Shown here in pieces: positions 23,740 to 37,250 of a stretch of DNA of 64,000 nt. The notes below the pieces were generated by a model that was not told where the DNA came from, did not search any database, and worked only from the letters and a program-made list of their open reading frames with translations. Made by a program: the position numbers and the translations under genes. Source of the DNA: Malacoraja senta (lineage: Eukaryota); assembly GCA_038087875.1 (NCBI GenBank), contig CM075994.1, forward strand, positions 868,001 through 932,000. Reading direction: 5' to 3'. Numbering within the stretch: the stretch's first letter is position 1; each line of letters starts with the position of its first letter.

Positions 23740-26655
23740 ATTAATGCAAAACATAACATTAAAGTCCGATAAAAGATAATTCAAAGGTCTCTGAGGCACA
23801 GAAGCTTGAAAGCACGCACCACCAGACTCAGGAACAGCTTCTTCCCCTCTGTTATCAGGCTTCTGAATGGTCCTTCCGTAAGTTAGGGTGTTGTCCGATT
23901 CACCTCTACCCCATTGCGGACATTGGACTGTATATCTGGATCCGTTACGCTACGATGCTGAGAACTATGTTCTGCACTCTGTATCTTTCCCCTTTGCTCT
24001 ACCTATTGTAATGGAATGTGGCTTCTTTGTATTCATGTACAGCAGAGTCATAGAGTGATGCAGCATCGAAATAGGCCCTTCGGCCCAACGCCCACACTGA
24101 CCAACATGTCCCATCTACACTAGTCCCACCTGCCTGCGCTTGTTCCGTATCCCTCTAAACTTATTATATCCATTTACCTGTCTAAATGTTTCTTAAACAA
24201 AGCGATAGTTTCTGCTCCACATGTTTTTAGTTTAATTTAGAGACACAGTGCGGAAACAGGCCCTTCGGCCAATAGCGTCCGTACCGGCCAGCGATCACCC
24301 CACACACACACACTAAGGACAATTGACAATTTTTACCAGGCCAAATAGCCTACAAATGTGTATGTCTTTGGAGTACGGGAGGAAACCGGAGCACCCTGAG
24401 AAAGCACATGCAGGTCACGGGGAGAACGCACAAACTCCGTACAGACAGCACCCTTAGTCAGGATCGAACCCAGGTCTCTGGCGCTTTGAGGCAGCAACTC
24501 TACCGCTGCGCCACCATGCCGCCGCCGTGTTTCTTCAATGTTGTGCATGGTGTAATATCTGATCAGTTTGGATAGCACACAAAACAAAAGCTTCACCCTG
24601 TATCACAGCACACATGACAATAATAAACCTAAACCTGTCCCAAACTTTAACACACAGATTTTTCTCCATCCCACCCATTACATACAATGTCAACGGGGCT
24701 TTTTCTCACACTTCCAATTTCTGACATAATCTCTACTTTCTGTTTTCATTTCTCGCATTTGTGGGGTTTCGTTTAACTCAATTGAGGAAGTGGTGAAGGT
24801 ATCTGAACGGTCAGTAGAGTTTCTATGACTCTATAGAAACAGAGAAAATAGGTGCAGGAGTAGGCCATTCGGCCATTCGAGCCAGCATCGCCATTCAGTA
24901 TGATATTGGCTGATCATCCTAAATCAGTTTCCTGTTCCTGCTTTCTCCGCATATCCCTTGATTCCGTTAGCCCGAAGACATAAATGTAACTCTCTCTTGA
25001 AAACATCAGTGAATTGGCCTCCACTGCCTTCTGTGGCAGAGAATTCGACAGATTCACAACTCTCCGGGTGAAATAGTCATAGTCATAGAGTGATACAGCA
25101 TGGAAACAAGCCCTTCGGCCCAACTTGCCCGGTATATGTGACAATAATAAACTAAACTAAACTAAATTAAACCACCCTCATGTCCTATCTACACTAGTGC
25201 CACCTGCCTGCATTGGCTTCATATCCCTCCAAATCTTTCCTATCCATGTACTTGTCTCAATGTTTATTATATGTTGGGATAGTTCCTGCCTGAACTACCT
25301 CCTCTACCAGCTTGTTCCATACTACATTTAATGCAAAATATAACGTTAAAGTCTGATAACGTCCGATTAATGATAATTCAAAGACCTATGAGGTACAGAA
25401 GCTTGAAAGCGCGCACCACCAGACTCAGGAACAGCTTCTTCCCCTCCGTTATCAGGCTTCTGAACGGTCCTTCCGTAAGCTAGGGTGCTGTCCGATTCAC
25501 CTCTACCCCATTGCGGACATTGGACTGTGTCTCTGGAACTGTTACGCTACGATGCTGAGAACTATATTCTGCACTCTGTATCTTTCCCCTTTGCTTTACC
25601 TATTGTACTGGAGTGTGGCTTGATTATATTCATATCCAGCAGAGTCATAGAGTGATACAGCATGGAAACAGGCGCTTCGGCCCAACTTGCCCATATCGGC
25701 CAACATGTCCCATCTACACCAGTCCCACCAGCCTGGGTTTGCCCCTTTTCACTCCAAACTTGTCCTATCCATGTACCTGTCTAAATGTTTCTTAAACGTT
25801 GCGATAGTTTCTGCTCCACATGTTTTTAGTTTAGTTTAGAGACACAGAGCGGAAAAAGGCCCTTCGGCCCATCGAGTCCACATGGCCCAGCAATCACCCC
25901 GTACACACACACACTAGGGAAAACTGATCATTTTTACCCAGCCAATTGGCCTACAATTGTGAACGTCTTTGGAGTGTGGGAGGAAACCGGAGATCCCAGA
26001 GAAAACCCATGCAGGCCACGGGAAGAACGTACAATTGCCGTACAGACAGCGCCCATAGTCAGGATGGAACCCTAGTCTCTGGCGCTGTGAGGCAGCAACT
26101 CTACCACTGCGCCATCCTGCCACCACCCTGTTTATTAAACGTTGTGCATTACCTCATCTGTTTGGATAGCACGCAAAACAAAATCTTCACCCTGTATCAC
26201 AGTATTCATGACATTAATAAACCTAAACCTCTCCCAAACTTTATCACAGAGATTTCTCACCACCTCACCCATTACATATGATGGCCACGGGGCTTTTTCC
26301 TCACATTTCCAGTTCCTGTGGTAAAATCTACTTTCTGTTTACAATTCAAGTATTTGCAGGGTTTCTTTTAATTCAATTTGGGAAGTGGTGAAGGCATAGA
26401 GACCTACAGTCATAGAGTGATACAGTATGGAAACAAGCCCTTCGGCCCAACTTGCGCGGAACATGTGATAATAATAAACTAAACTAAACTAAACTAAACT
26501 GAACTGGCCAACATGTCCCAGCTACACTAGTCCCACCTGCCTGCGTTTGGCCCATATCTCTCCAAACCTGACCTATCCATGTACCTGTCTAAATGTTTCT
26601 TAAACGTTGGGATAGTCCCAGCCTCAACTACCTCCTCTGGCAGCTTGTTCCATAC
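23740..26655 (+). repeat. Diverged tandem segmental duplication (about 23740-25325 vs 25326-26655)
   Basis: Same order of Rex tail, CR1 tail, SINE and a unique block (24622-24802 vs 26216-26397). Confidence 0.85.
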
Positions 26656-27344
26656 ACCCACCACCCTTTGTGTGAAAACGTTACCCCTCAGATTCCTATT
26701 AAATCTTTTTCCCTTCACCGTAAACTTGTTTCCTCTGGTCCTCGATTCACCAATTGAATTTGTGCGTCTACCCGATCTATTCCTCTCATGATTTTATATT
26801 GACAGTAACAATAGCACCAGGCCAAAGCAAACTGGTTTTTCACCTTTTACAAAACTGTTGGTTGTATTAGACAGTAACATGCAGCCAGAGTAGGGGAATC
26901 AAGAGCTAGGGGATAGGCACAAATTGCTGGAGTAACTCAGCGGGACAGGCAGCATCTCTGGATAGAAGGAATTGGTGACCTTTTCGGGTTGAGACCTTTC
27001 TTCAGGTTGAGAGTCAGGGGAGAGGGAAGAGTAAGGTGTGAAAACAAAAGATCAAAGGGGACGAAGTACAAGGAATGTAGAATGGATCATTGTTAGCTGA
27101 GGGGAAGGTGACAATGAGGCGTACAGTGTAAAATTTAATCAGCAGGACAATCAGACTGGCCGGAGAAGTAGGATGATCGAGTTGCCTGATCACAGCTGGG
27201 AACAAACTGTCCCTGAATCTGGAGGTGTGCGTTTTCACATTTCTATGCCTTTTGCCCGATGGGGGAGGGGAGAAGAGGGAGTGGCATGGGTGCGACTCAT
27301 CCTTGATTATGCTGCTGCCTTTGCCGAGGCAGCGTGAGGTGTAA

Positions 27345-27935
27345 ATGACAATAGATAATAGACAATAGGTGCAGGAGTAGGCCATTTGGCCCTTCGAGCC
27401 AGCACCGCCATTCAATGTGATCATGGCTGATCATCCCCAATCAGTAACCCGTTCCTGCCTACTCCCCATATCCCCTGACTCCGCTATCTTTAAGAGCTCT
27501 ATTTAACTCTCTCTTGAAAGTATCCAGAGAACCGGCCTCCACCACCCTCTGACGCAGAGAATTCCACAGACTCACAACTCTCTGTGTGAAAAAGTGTTTC
27601 CTCATCTACGTTCTAAATGGCCTACCCCTTATTCTTAAATGTGGCCCCTGGTTCTGGACTCCCCCAACATCGGGAATCTGTTTCCTGCCTCTAGCGTGTC
27701 CAAACCCTTAATAATCTTATATGTTTCCATAAGATCTTCTCTCATCCTTCTAAACTCCAGACTATACAAGCCCAGCTGCTCCATTCTCTCAGTATATGAC
27801 AGTCCTGCCATCCCGGGAAGTAACCTTATAAACCTACGCTGAACACTCAATAGCAAGAATGTCCTTCCTCAAATTAGGGGACCACAACTGCACACAATAC
27901 TCAAGTTGTAGTCTCACTAGGGCCCTATACAACTG
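27345..27935 (-). mobile_element. CR1 LINE 3' fragment
   Basis: LYRALVRLQLEYCVQLWSP, VQRRFIRLLPG, CR1 3' UTR. Confidence 0.9.
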
Positions 27936-28864
27936 CAGACAAATGGAGTCAATGGAAGGGAGGCTGGTTTGTGTGATGGCCTGGGCCTCCCGCGTCCACA
28001 ATTCACTGCAATTTCTTGCGGTCTTGGATGTAGGTGTTCCCAAACCAAGCTGTGATGCATCCTGATCAAATGCTTTCCTTGGTGCATCTGTAGAAGTGTT
28101 AAACTGAACAGGTTTAACAGGTGAGATAGGCAGGGGCAAGACAGGATAAGAGGAAGATATGATAGAATAAACTGAATTAATTTAATGCAAGAAACCTGCA
28201 AACCTGAAGTAATTTAATGCAAGAAACCTGAAGTAATGTCATGGATTAGTCCATGGAACTGGGATAACATAGGCATGAAAGAAACATGGTTGGGGGAAGC
28301 GGCAAGACTAACCACGAAACAGCGCAGAAACAGGCCCTTCGGTCCACCGAGTCCGCGCCGACCAGTGATCCCCGCATATTAACACTATCCTACCCACACT
28401 AGGGACAATTTACCTTTATATCAAATCAATTAACCTACAAACCTGTACATCTTTGGAGTGTGGGAAGAAACCGGAACACCGGGCGAAAACCCACGCAGGT
28501 CCCGGGGAGAACGTACAAACTCCGTAAAGCCAGCTACCGTGGTCAGGATCATACCGGGGTCTCTGGTGCTGTAAGGCAGTAGCCTCTGTGCCGCCCATCA
28601 TCTTCATTGCAAGTCCCTGAATGCTTGACACATCAAATAAAACAAGTTTCCTCTATTTAATTTGTCTATACCCTTCATGATTTTCAACCCCTTTATATGA
28701 TGTTGTCGTCGCCGATCAACTGGACTCTTTGACAACTTCCATTCATTTTGCAGACACACTTTATTCACTTTGACTACTTCCATTCATTTTGCAGACACAC
28801 TTTATTTACTTGTGCATCAGGAGAGCAGCACAGTCCCAGTTACTGAACGACTGTATATTGTATA

Positions 28865-29718
28865 TTTACAATATACATCAATTATTTAGATGAGGGGATG
28901 AAGAGTAACTTTAACAAATTTGCAGGTGACACAAAGCTGGGTGGCAGTGTGAACTGTGAGGAGGATGCTATGAGGCTGCAGGGTGACTTGGACAGATTGG
29001 GTGAGTGGGCAGATGCATGGCAGATGCAGTATAATGTGGATAAATGTGAGGTTATCCACTTTGGTGGTAAGAACAGGAAAGCAGATGATTATCTGAATGG
29101 TGTCAAATTGGGAAAAGGGGAATTACAACGAGATCTGGGTGTCGTTCATCAGTCACTGAAAGTAAGCATGCAGGCACAGCAGGCATGAGAAAAGCTAATG
29201 GCATGTTGGCCTTCATAAGAAGAGTTGTGTATAGGAGCAAAGTGGTCCTTTGACAGTTGTACAGGGCCCTAGTGAGACCACACCTGGAATATTCTTGCTA
29301 TTGAGGGAGTGCATCGTAGGTTACAAGGTTAATTCCCAGGATGGCGGGACTGTCATATGTTGAAAGAATGGAGCGGCTAGGCTTGTATACACTGGAGTTT
29401 AGAAGGATTTGACATGCTTGAGGCAGGAAACATGTTCCCGATGTTGGGGGAGCCCAGAACCAGGGGCCACAGTTTATGAATAAGGGGTAGGCCATTTAGA
29501 ACTGAGATGAGAAAAACGTTTTCACACAGAGAGTTGTGAATTTTTGGAATTCTCTGCCTCAGAAGGCAGTACAGGATGATTCACTGGGCTATTGGAATCA
29601 TGGATTATGGGGAGAAAGCAGGAACAGGATACTGATTTTTGATGATCAGTCATGATCACATTGAATGGCCGAATGGCCTACTCATGCACCTATTGACTAT
29701 GTTTCTATGTATCTATGT
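28865..29718 (+). mobile_element. CR1 LINE 3' fragment
   Basis: FAGDTKLGG...WQMQYNVDKC; ctatgtttctatg tail. Confidence 0.9.
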
Positions 29719-30089
29719 ATATAATATGTTCTCAAAACATTAATGGACAAATGCAATACAAGTAAGCCTACATGCCATTTAATCCTTTATTTAATTTTCA
29801 ATATCACGAACCTTGTAGTGTTCTTCAAGTAATACCCATCCTAAAACATTGGGGTACATGATCAATGAACATCAATACCTATCAGGAACATTGATGTGCA
29901 TCAATGAATGGCTAAAGGTTGTTGTGCTGTGCAGCTATCCGTACCTTTGTCATACTGCAGCTTCCACATTGTGATGTACAGCTATCTTAACCTTCGTCAT
30001 AATTGTAGAAGAAAACAATTAAATCTTCTTTTAATTACACTTTGCGCGCACCGGTTTTACTCCGTCCTTCTACCCCACGACAGAAGGGG

Positions 30090-30530
30090 GAGTCAGTCTA
30101 CCCCACAACAGAAGGGGGAGGGGTTGTACAGTTTGATAACCACAGGGAAGAAGGATCTCCTGTGGCATTTTGTGGTGCATCTTGGTGGAACCTGTCTGTT
30201 ACTGAAGGTGCTCCTCAGGTTGACCAGTTTGTCATGCAGGGGGTGAGCTGTATTGTCCAGGATACATCGCAGTTTGAGGAGCATCCTCCCCTCCAAGACC
30301 ACCTCCCATGAATCCAACTCCGCCCTCAAGATGGAGCCAGCCTTCCTGATGAGTTTGTTGATCCTGTTGGCGTATGTGGCCTTTGCCCTGCTGCCCCAGC
30401 ACACGGCAGCGAAGAACATGGCACTGGCCACCACAGATTGGCAGAACATCTGCTGCATCTCAATGCAGATGTTGAAGGAGTGGAGCCTCCTCAAAAAGTC
30501 CAGCTGTCTCTGTCCATTCTTGCACAAAGC
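30090..30530 (-). mobile_element. Rex1/Babar LINE RT C-terminal fragment
   Basis: GQRQLDFLRRLHSF...SVVASAMFFAAVCWG...RRSFFP. Confidence 0.85.
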
Positions 30531-31835
30531 CTCTGGAATCATGCTTGCACATCTCTTCTGGTCTCTTCCTTTCTCACCTCTTCTGGCCTTGAACTGTGCA
30601 ATGTATGTGTTCCTCCTGTTCTTAGCTCCAGGAGCATCATATATTCATTAATCCACTCTTTGAGGCAGTATCATCAGTTTGCTGGGTTGGGAGTTTCTTC
30701 CTGAAATCTCCCCATCTTCGATCAGTCATTGACTTTCAATCTTAATACTGTAAGTGTGGAAGAAGGGTCTCGACCCGAAACGTCACCCATCTCTTCTCTC
30801 CAGAGATGCTGCCTGTCCGGCTGAGTTACTCCAGCATTTAGTGTTGATCTTAATACAGTAAGTCTCCTTAAGAACAATTGTCAAACTTTGCTAAAAAATG
30901 ATCCAGTGAAATGCCTTGGATCATTTTACTCTGTTGAAGTTCACATCGTTGCTGGTTATGTCCATCAGATCTGTTTGTGACTTGCTTTATCGGATTTGCT
31001 TGCAGACTTCATCAACGACAACTCAACTGTGATATGTGTTGAGATACCATCACTTCATTCTGCAAGAACGAATGAAGAGAAAATCCATGTTGGCAGAACG
31101 AAGACTAAAAGTGCACGAAATTAGAAATTGAGAAAATTATTATGAAATGCTCGAATTATTTGAGACGGTGTCTGGGAATGGAATTCATCGAATTGTTAGG
31201 AAGGAACTGCAGATGCTGGTTTAAACCAAAGATAGACACAAAAAGCTGGAGTAACTCAGCGGGTCAGGCAACATCTCTGGAGAAAAAGAATAGGTGACAT
31301 TTCTGGTCGAGACCCTTCTTCAGACTGAGAATCACGGGAAAGAGAAACGAGAGATGTGGACTGCGGTATAATGAAATTAAAGATATGTAAAAAAGTAAAT
31401 AGCTGGTAGTGTTCAATGGCTTGATGGCTGTTGGGAAGATGCTGTTCCTGAACTTGGACATTACAGTTTTCAGATTCCTGTACCTAGTCCCAATGGCAGA
31501 AGTGAAATGGAGGTCATAAAGGAACGTTTATGATAATGTGGGCGTTGAACGCAGAAGATTCAACAACAAACGGCGATGGCGTGAAGAACAAGGAGAGTAA
31601 TGAGATGAAGAAAGACATCTGGTGGTGAATCTGTGGCAGAAGGGTCAGCCATGATTGAATGGTGGAGTAGATTTGATGAGCCAATCATGGGCGGAAATCC
31701 CGGGGGTGGCTGTCCCCCCATGTATTGAGAGGTGGGGGACGATCCCCCCCCATGCTTTGTGACCTGGGCGTTACAGCCAGTCGCAGGTCGGCTCGCCTGC
31801 CCCACACTCCAAAGACGTGCAGGTTTGTAGGTTAA

Positions 31836-32287
31836 AGGGCCTGTCCCACTTGCATGCGATTGCGTGCGTTTGGCGCGACCAACCGAAAGCGGAGGTCGCA
31901 CGAAGTTCGCGCTCAGTTCGCGCGTGACGTCATTTACGTCATGTTTACAAATCAGCTGGGCAGGAGGCGGGCCGACTGTATTTGGGCGTCGCACAGCGTC
32001 GCGGAGGTGATGTCATCACGCAACGCCACGTGCTAGGCGTACGCTGTCAAGACACTGCGTGACGTTAAGAGCTGCGTACGACCGCAATGCGCCTGCGTGC
32101 ATACGCGGACCGACAGGCGCGCGAAGAGTTCGGTCACTGCAAGAATTTCGGAGCCCCGCACAACTCCTTACGCCTCCGCGCTTCTAGGTGGGACCGGCCC
32201 CGCGCGGCCATACGGTGCCCGTACGCCTCAAGCGACCACGAGGTTGCGTAATTTGCGAGCCAAGGTCGCGTAAGTGGGACAAGCCCT
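31836..32287. mobile_element. MITE, probably PIF/Harbinger-type, inserted in a SINE
   Basis: TIR AGGGC(C/T)TGTCCCACTT; TAA duplication at 31833-31835 and 32288-32290. Confidence 0.8.
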
Positions 32288-33027
32288 TAAGTGCTTCAGT
32301 AAATTGTAAATTGCCCTTAGTGTGTCGGGTGGTGCTAGTGTATGGGGTGATTGCAGGTGAGCCGACCTGGGCGCGCAGGCGACCTGGGAACTGCAGGTCG
32401 TTTGGTCCACCGTGTCCGCGCCGACCAGCAATCACCCCATACACTAGCCAGTTATGATTTGGAAGTTAAGACTCATTCTGATGCACTGTCAATTGACTAA
32501 ATGAGATGACATATTTTGAAATATTATGATTTACTCCGGCATTTTGTGTCTATCTTCGGGGGAAAGAACTAGTGTTCAGATCGTGTTCTGGTGCTCCCAG
32601 GAGTGGCATTGAAACGCAGCGTCTAAACCCGAAACATCGACCATTCTTCTGCTTCCACAGATGCTGCCTGACCCACAGAATTCTTCCAGCAGTTTAACTT
32701 TTGCTCGGGATTCCAGCATCTGCAGTCTCCACAGTCAGGGTCAGCTGCAGGTCTACGCTCTGAAACTGCACGACACCGCCATCACTTGGTTAGATAACAG
32801 TACTACAAGCAGGGAAGAACCGGTGACCCAGGTATGATAAATAACACACACACTAAATGTTGATAAATGCATCTCAAATAGGCCCAGACACATTAGCCTT
32901 GGTCATTATTCTGCATTAAGTGGACGAGAGTACTCTGTAAATACTGCACTGTTTTGCCTGACTCTTCTGAAGACGTTTCGTTTCTCTCACCTCTTTTGGT
33001 CTGGAACTGGAAGCAGAATATATGTGT

Positions 33028-33754
33028 AAGAGGGAACTGCAGATGCTGGTTTAAACCGAAGATAGACACAAAAAGCTGGAGTAACTCCGTGGGACAGGCA
33101 GCATCTCTGGAGAGAAGGAATAGGTGACGTTTCGAGTTGAGACCCTTCTTCAGACTGGTTAGGGATATGGGAAAAGAGAGATATGGACGGTGATGTGGTA
33201 AGATAAAGAACAATGAATGAAAGATATGCAAAAAAGTAACGATGATAATGAAAAAAGGCCATTGTAGCTGTTTGCTGGGTGAAAATGAAAAGCTAGTGCG
33301 ACTTGGGTGGGGGGGGGGATAGAGAGAGATGGAACGCCGGGGCTACCTGAAGTTAGAGAAATCAATATTCATACCACTGGGCTGTAAGCTGCCCAAGCGA
33401 AATATGAGATGCTGTTCCTCCAATTTGCATTTATCCTCACTCTGACAATGGAGACCCGGTACAGAAGGGTCTGTGTAGGAATCCACATTTTAGGCATTCG
33501 CTCTCTCTATATCCCTCCCCCACCCGTCGCATTAGCTTCTTGTTTTCACCCAGCAAACAGCTAACAATGGCCTGTTTCCTTTATCATCGTTGCATTTTTG
33601 CTTAACTTTCATTCATTTTTCTTTATTTCTCCACATCACCATCTATATCCCTCATTTCCCTTATCCCTAACTAGTCTGAAGAAGGGTCTCGACCCACAAC
33701 GTCACCCACTCCTTTGCACCAGAGATGCTGCCTGTCCCGCTGAGTTACTCCAGA
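33028..33754. mobile_element. Penelope-like element with inverted terminal (pLTR) arrangement
   Basis: Minus-strand 3' part (33028-33490) faces a plus-strand copy (33495-33754); hammerhead motif in each arm; direct repeat AGAATATATGTGT at 33015-33027 and 33755-33767. Confidence 0.8.
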
Positions 33755-34823
33755 AGAATATATGTGTTCCTCCTATTCTTGCCTTCAATGACATATTAAT
33801 TCATCCACTCTTTGGGGCAGAATCGTCAGTTTGCTCGGCAGGGAGATTGTTTCTGAAATCTCCCCATCCTTAACCAGTCAATGGGCCTCGGCAGTGGTGA
33901 CCCCTCGTGGCGGCGTCGAGTTCTCGCGGGTCGACCCACGGTCGATTAGAGTGTGGAGGACCAGCGTGCGGGGGGGGAGGGGAAGAACAATGGAGGACTC
34001 GGCGTGGAGGAACCGCTGTGGGGGAGGGGGGGACACACACACACACATAAATCAGTGCTGTAGGTGGCAGCTATTTGTACACATTGGGTTTGCAGCAAAG
34101 TATCTCACTGTGACTAGTCACATGTGACAGTAAAGTATTCTTGTTCCTATGGCTTTCAATCTTATTATTTTTTTAAACATTTTTTATTAGAAGCCGTGTA
34201 CAAAATTATAAACCGCAGCATATGACATAATACATTTATTGCACAGCTTCAATTATAATTTTTAGCTAAGATGAAAAAGAAAAAGAGAGAAAAAGCAAGA
34301 AAGAGAGAAAGTGAAAGAGAAAGTGAATGTGTAAGAATAGAACCCCTAGACTACCAAAGTGGTGTAGTCGAAGAGTGAGTATGTAAAAGAAATGAGAAGA
34401 ACGTAAAGAAAGAAAAAGACAAAAACAGAAAGAAAAACGCAATATGATGATATACCTGCTTCATATCAGTTTTGTTTTTAATGTTTTTAATGTTTTTGAG
34501 AAAATTTCAAAAATTAATTTCCAAAAGTTATGTTGTTTTATGCAAGAGGCAAAGGAGTGTGTTATAGTTGCTTCTTGAAGAAGGCATTTGTCACAAATAG
34601 GAGATACATTTGAAAAGATCTTATTCAGTTTAGTCTTTGAGTAGTAGAGTCTGTGCAGTATTTTAAATTGCATTTAAAATGTGTCTAACATTAATCGAAT
34701 TTTCTTCCCATCTGTCTTTGGGAATTTTTAGGCCTAGTTCCTCTTCCCAGTCTCTTCTAATTGCATCTGATGATGGAATTTCTATATTTAGAAGGGTATT
34801 ATACAAATATGATGTTAGATTCT

Positions 34824-35700
34824 TTAGTAAAGTAAGTAAGTACGTTTTATTTATATAGCACGTTTTAAGTCAACTCACATTGACACCAAAGTGCTTTACA
34901 TAAAATAAATAATAAGTTTCCATACAAACCATAGAAAAAGGTTAAAAAAGAAAAAATGGACACAACATATTATAGAGTTCAACACAAACGTCCCCCCCAC
35001 AGCAGAATCAAAATTTTCCACTGTGTGGAAAGGCACCAGAAAGTTCAGTCCTCTTCGTCTGTGAAACACCCGAGGTCGGGGCCCATTTGTGGCCTTGCAG
35101 CCAGTCCGATGATTTTCGGGTGAAACATTCCTCAGCTGCTTGGAAAGTCTGGAGCGGCCGCCTCCTCCCCGGAGACCGGGGCACCCGAAGTCCTCAGGCC
35201 GCGTCGGATTGGAGCTCCGACCCCAGCGAACTCGATCCCAGGCTCCGCGGCACTCCAAATCCAGCGCCGCCTGCAGCCGGACGCCCGCAGCCACAGCTCC
35301 TTGATGTTGCAGTCGGCGGCCACAGCACTCCGTAGCTTACCGCACGGCGACCCGGTAAGGCATCGCCCGCTCCCTGATGGCGTCCCAGCGCTGTAACGCC
35401 GCCGAAGCTGTAGTCCCGGCCGGTCCAGACAGGAAACGCCGTCCCAGTCTTGATGGTAGGCCGCGAGGAGGGGGCGAAGAAGCAGCTCGGAGGGAAGCCG
35501 CCTCTTCGACCAGGTAGGGGACTAAGAAATAAAGTTTCCCCCTTCCCCACCCCCACCCACCACATAAAAGACCTCCAACTGAATTTTTTTTGACAGGACT
35601 AAGAATTTAAAATAAAAAAGGTGAACAAACGGACTGTGGGCAGGCTGCCATACACAGACGGCGCCCACTCCTGCACATCCGCCATCTTGAAGCACCCGGA
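34824..35700 (-). mobile_element. GC-rich non-autonomous retroelement with L2-type tail nested in L1
   Basis: Homologous to 16428-17240; tail tgtaaagcactttgg...tgctatataaataaa followed by (TACT)n. Confidence 0.8.
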
Positions 35701-37250
35701 GAAAAAAAACTGACTGAGTTTCTATTCATACATTCGTCTAATATATCTGGCAGCAGAGTTTGATAGTCATGGGTATATGTTTTCAAATAGTCTCGAATTT
35801 GAAGATATCTAAAATATTGATTACCTTTCAGGTGGTATTTCGACTGTAATTTCTGAAATTACACAAGATTTCCCATCTCGTAGAGATCTCGGTTTTTTAA
35901 TTCCTAGTCTTTCCCAATAAGTAAACGTTTTATCTATAATAGATGGCTTAAACAAAGGGTTATTAGCTATTGGTGAGAGAAGAGATAAATTTCTTAGTTT
36001 AAAAGTTGATTTTACTTGTCTCCAGATTTGTAAAGTGCTATGAATAATCGGATTTTTTATCATATAGTGTGTTCTTCAACTTTGTTGGGGAGAGAAGAAT
36101 CGCGCCTATATTAAAAGGCGAACAATCCTCTCTCTCCATTATTAACCAGTCTACCTGTTGGCATGCGTTATCCAGCCAGTAAATTACATTTTAAATATTC
36201 GTTGCCCAATAATAGTATAAGAAATTGGGGAGAGCCAATCTGACCGTTTTTTGGGGTTTGCATAAATGTTGTTTATGAATTCTATGTGTTTTATAATCCC
36301 AGATAAAGTTTGTAATCCGAGAATCAAGATTTAAAAAAATAATTTAGGTAGGTATATCGGTATTGATTGAAATAAATAGAGAATTTGTGGGAGGAAGATC
36401 ATTTTTATAGCATTTATTCTGCCTATTAGAGACATCGGAAGTAACTAAAGGCGGGAAGTTTGCGTTGAATAAAGAAGTATATTTTCTGGTTACCTGAACA
36501 CCCAGATATTAAAAATTTTCCATAGCAATTCTGAAAGGGAATTTTAAAAGGTGTGTCAGCTCTTGAGGTTTTATTGCCATAATTTCACTTTTGTTCCAGT
36601 TTATTCTATATCCTGAAAAGAATTCCTCTATAAGATTTAATATATTTGGAATGCTACCTTGGGAATTGGTGATATATAATAATACATCATCTGCATATAA
36701 TGATATTTTATTATTGGAGTGTTTAGTATTATAGCCGTGAATGTTCGGATGTACTCTTATACTTTCCGCTAAGGGTTCAATCACAAGGGCAAATAACAGG
36801 GGTGATAATGCACATTCCTGTCTATTGCCCCTGGATAGCTGAAATTTAGGAGAGAGTATGTGATTACTCAGTATTCTGGCAGCGGCTTATATAATAATTT
36901 TATCCATGAAATTAAATTCTCTCCCATCAGAAATGTTTGCAGTACTGTGAAAATATACTTCCATTCTACTTGGTCAAATGCCTTTTCTGCATCTAATGAA
37001 ATAATTGATAAGTCTTCTTTAGTTCTGTATGAGTACATTATGTTAAAAAGGCGTCTCAAATTATTAAACAAATGTCTCTTGGGTATAAACCCCGTTTGAT
37101 CCGAATGATTTAATTTATTAACGTATTTACTTAATCTTCTTGCCAAAGTTTTCGCTAATATTTTCTGATCTGTATTTAGCAGGGCGATTGCTCTGTATGA
37201 TCCCAGGTCTTCTAGATCTTTATCTTTTTTGGGTATAAGTGTGATAGTTG

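Noticed and set aside
31515..31620. Short hydrophobic minus-strand ORF (MSFFISLLSLFF...) resembling a signal peptide
   Set aside because: Stops after about 34 codons with no donor or promoter evidence
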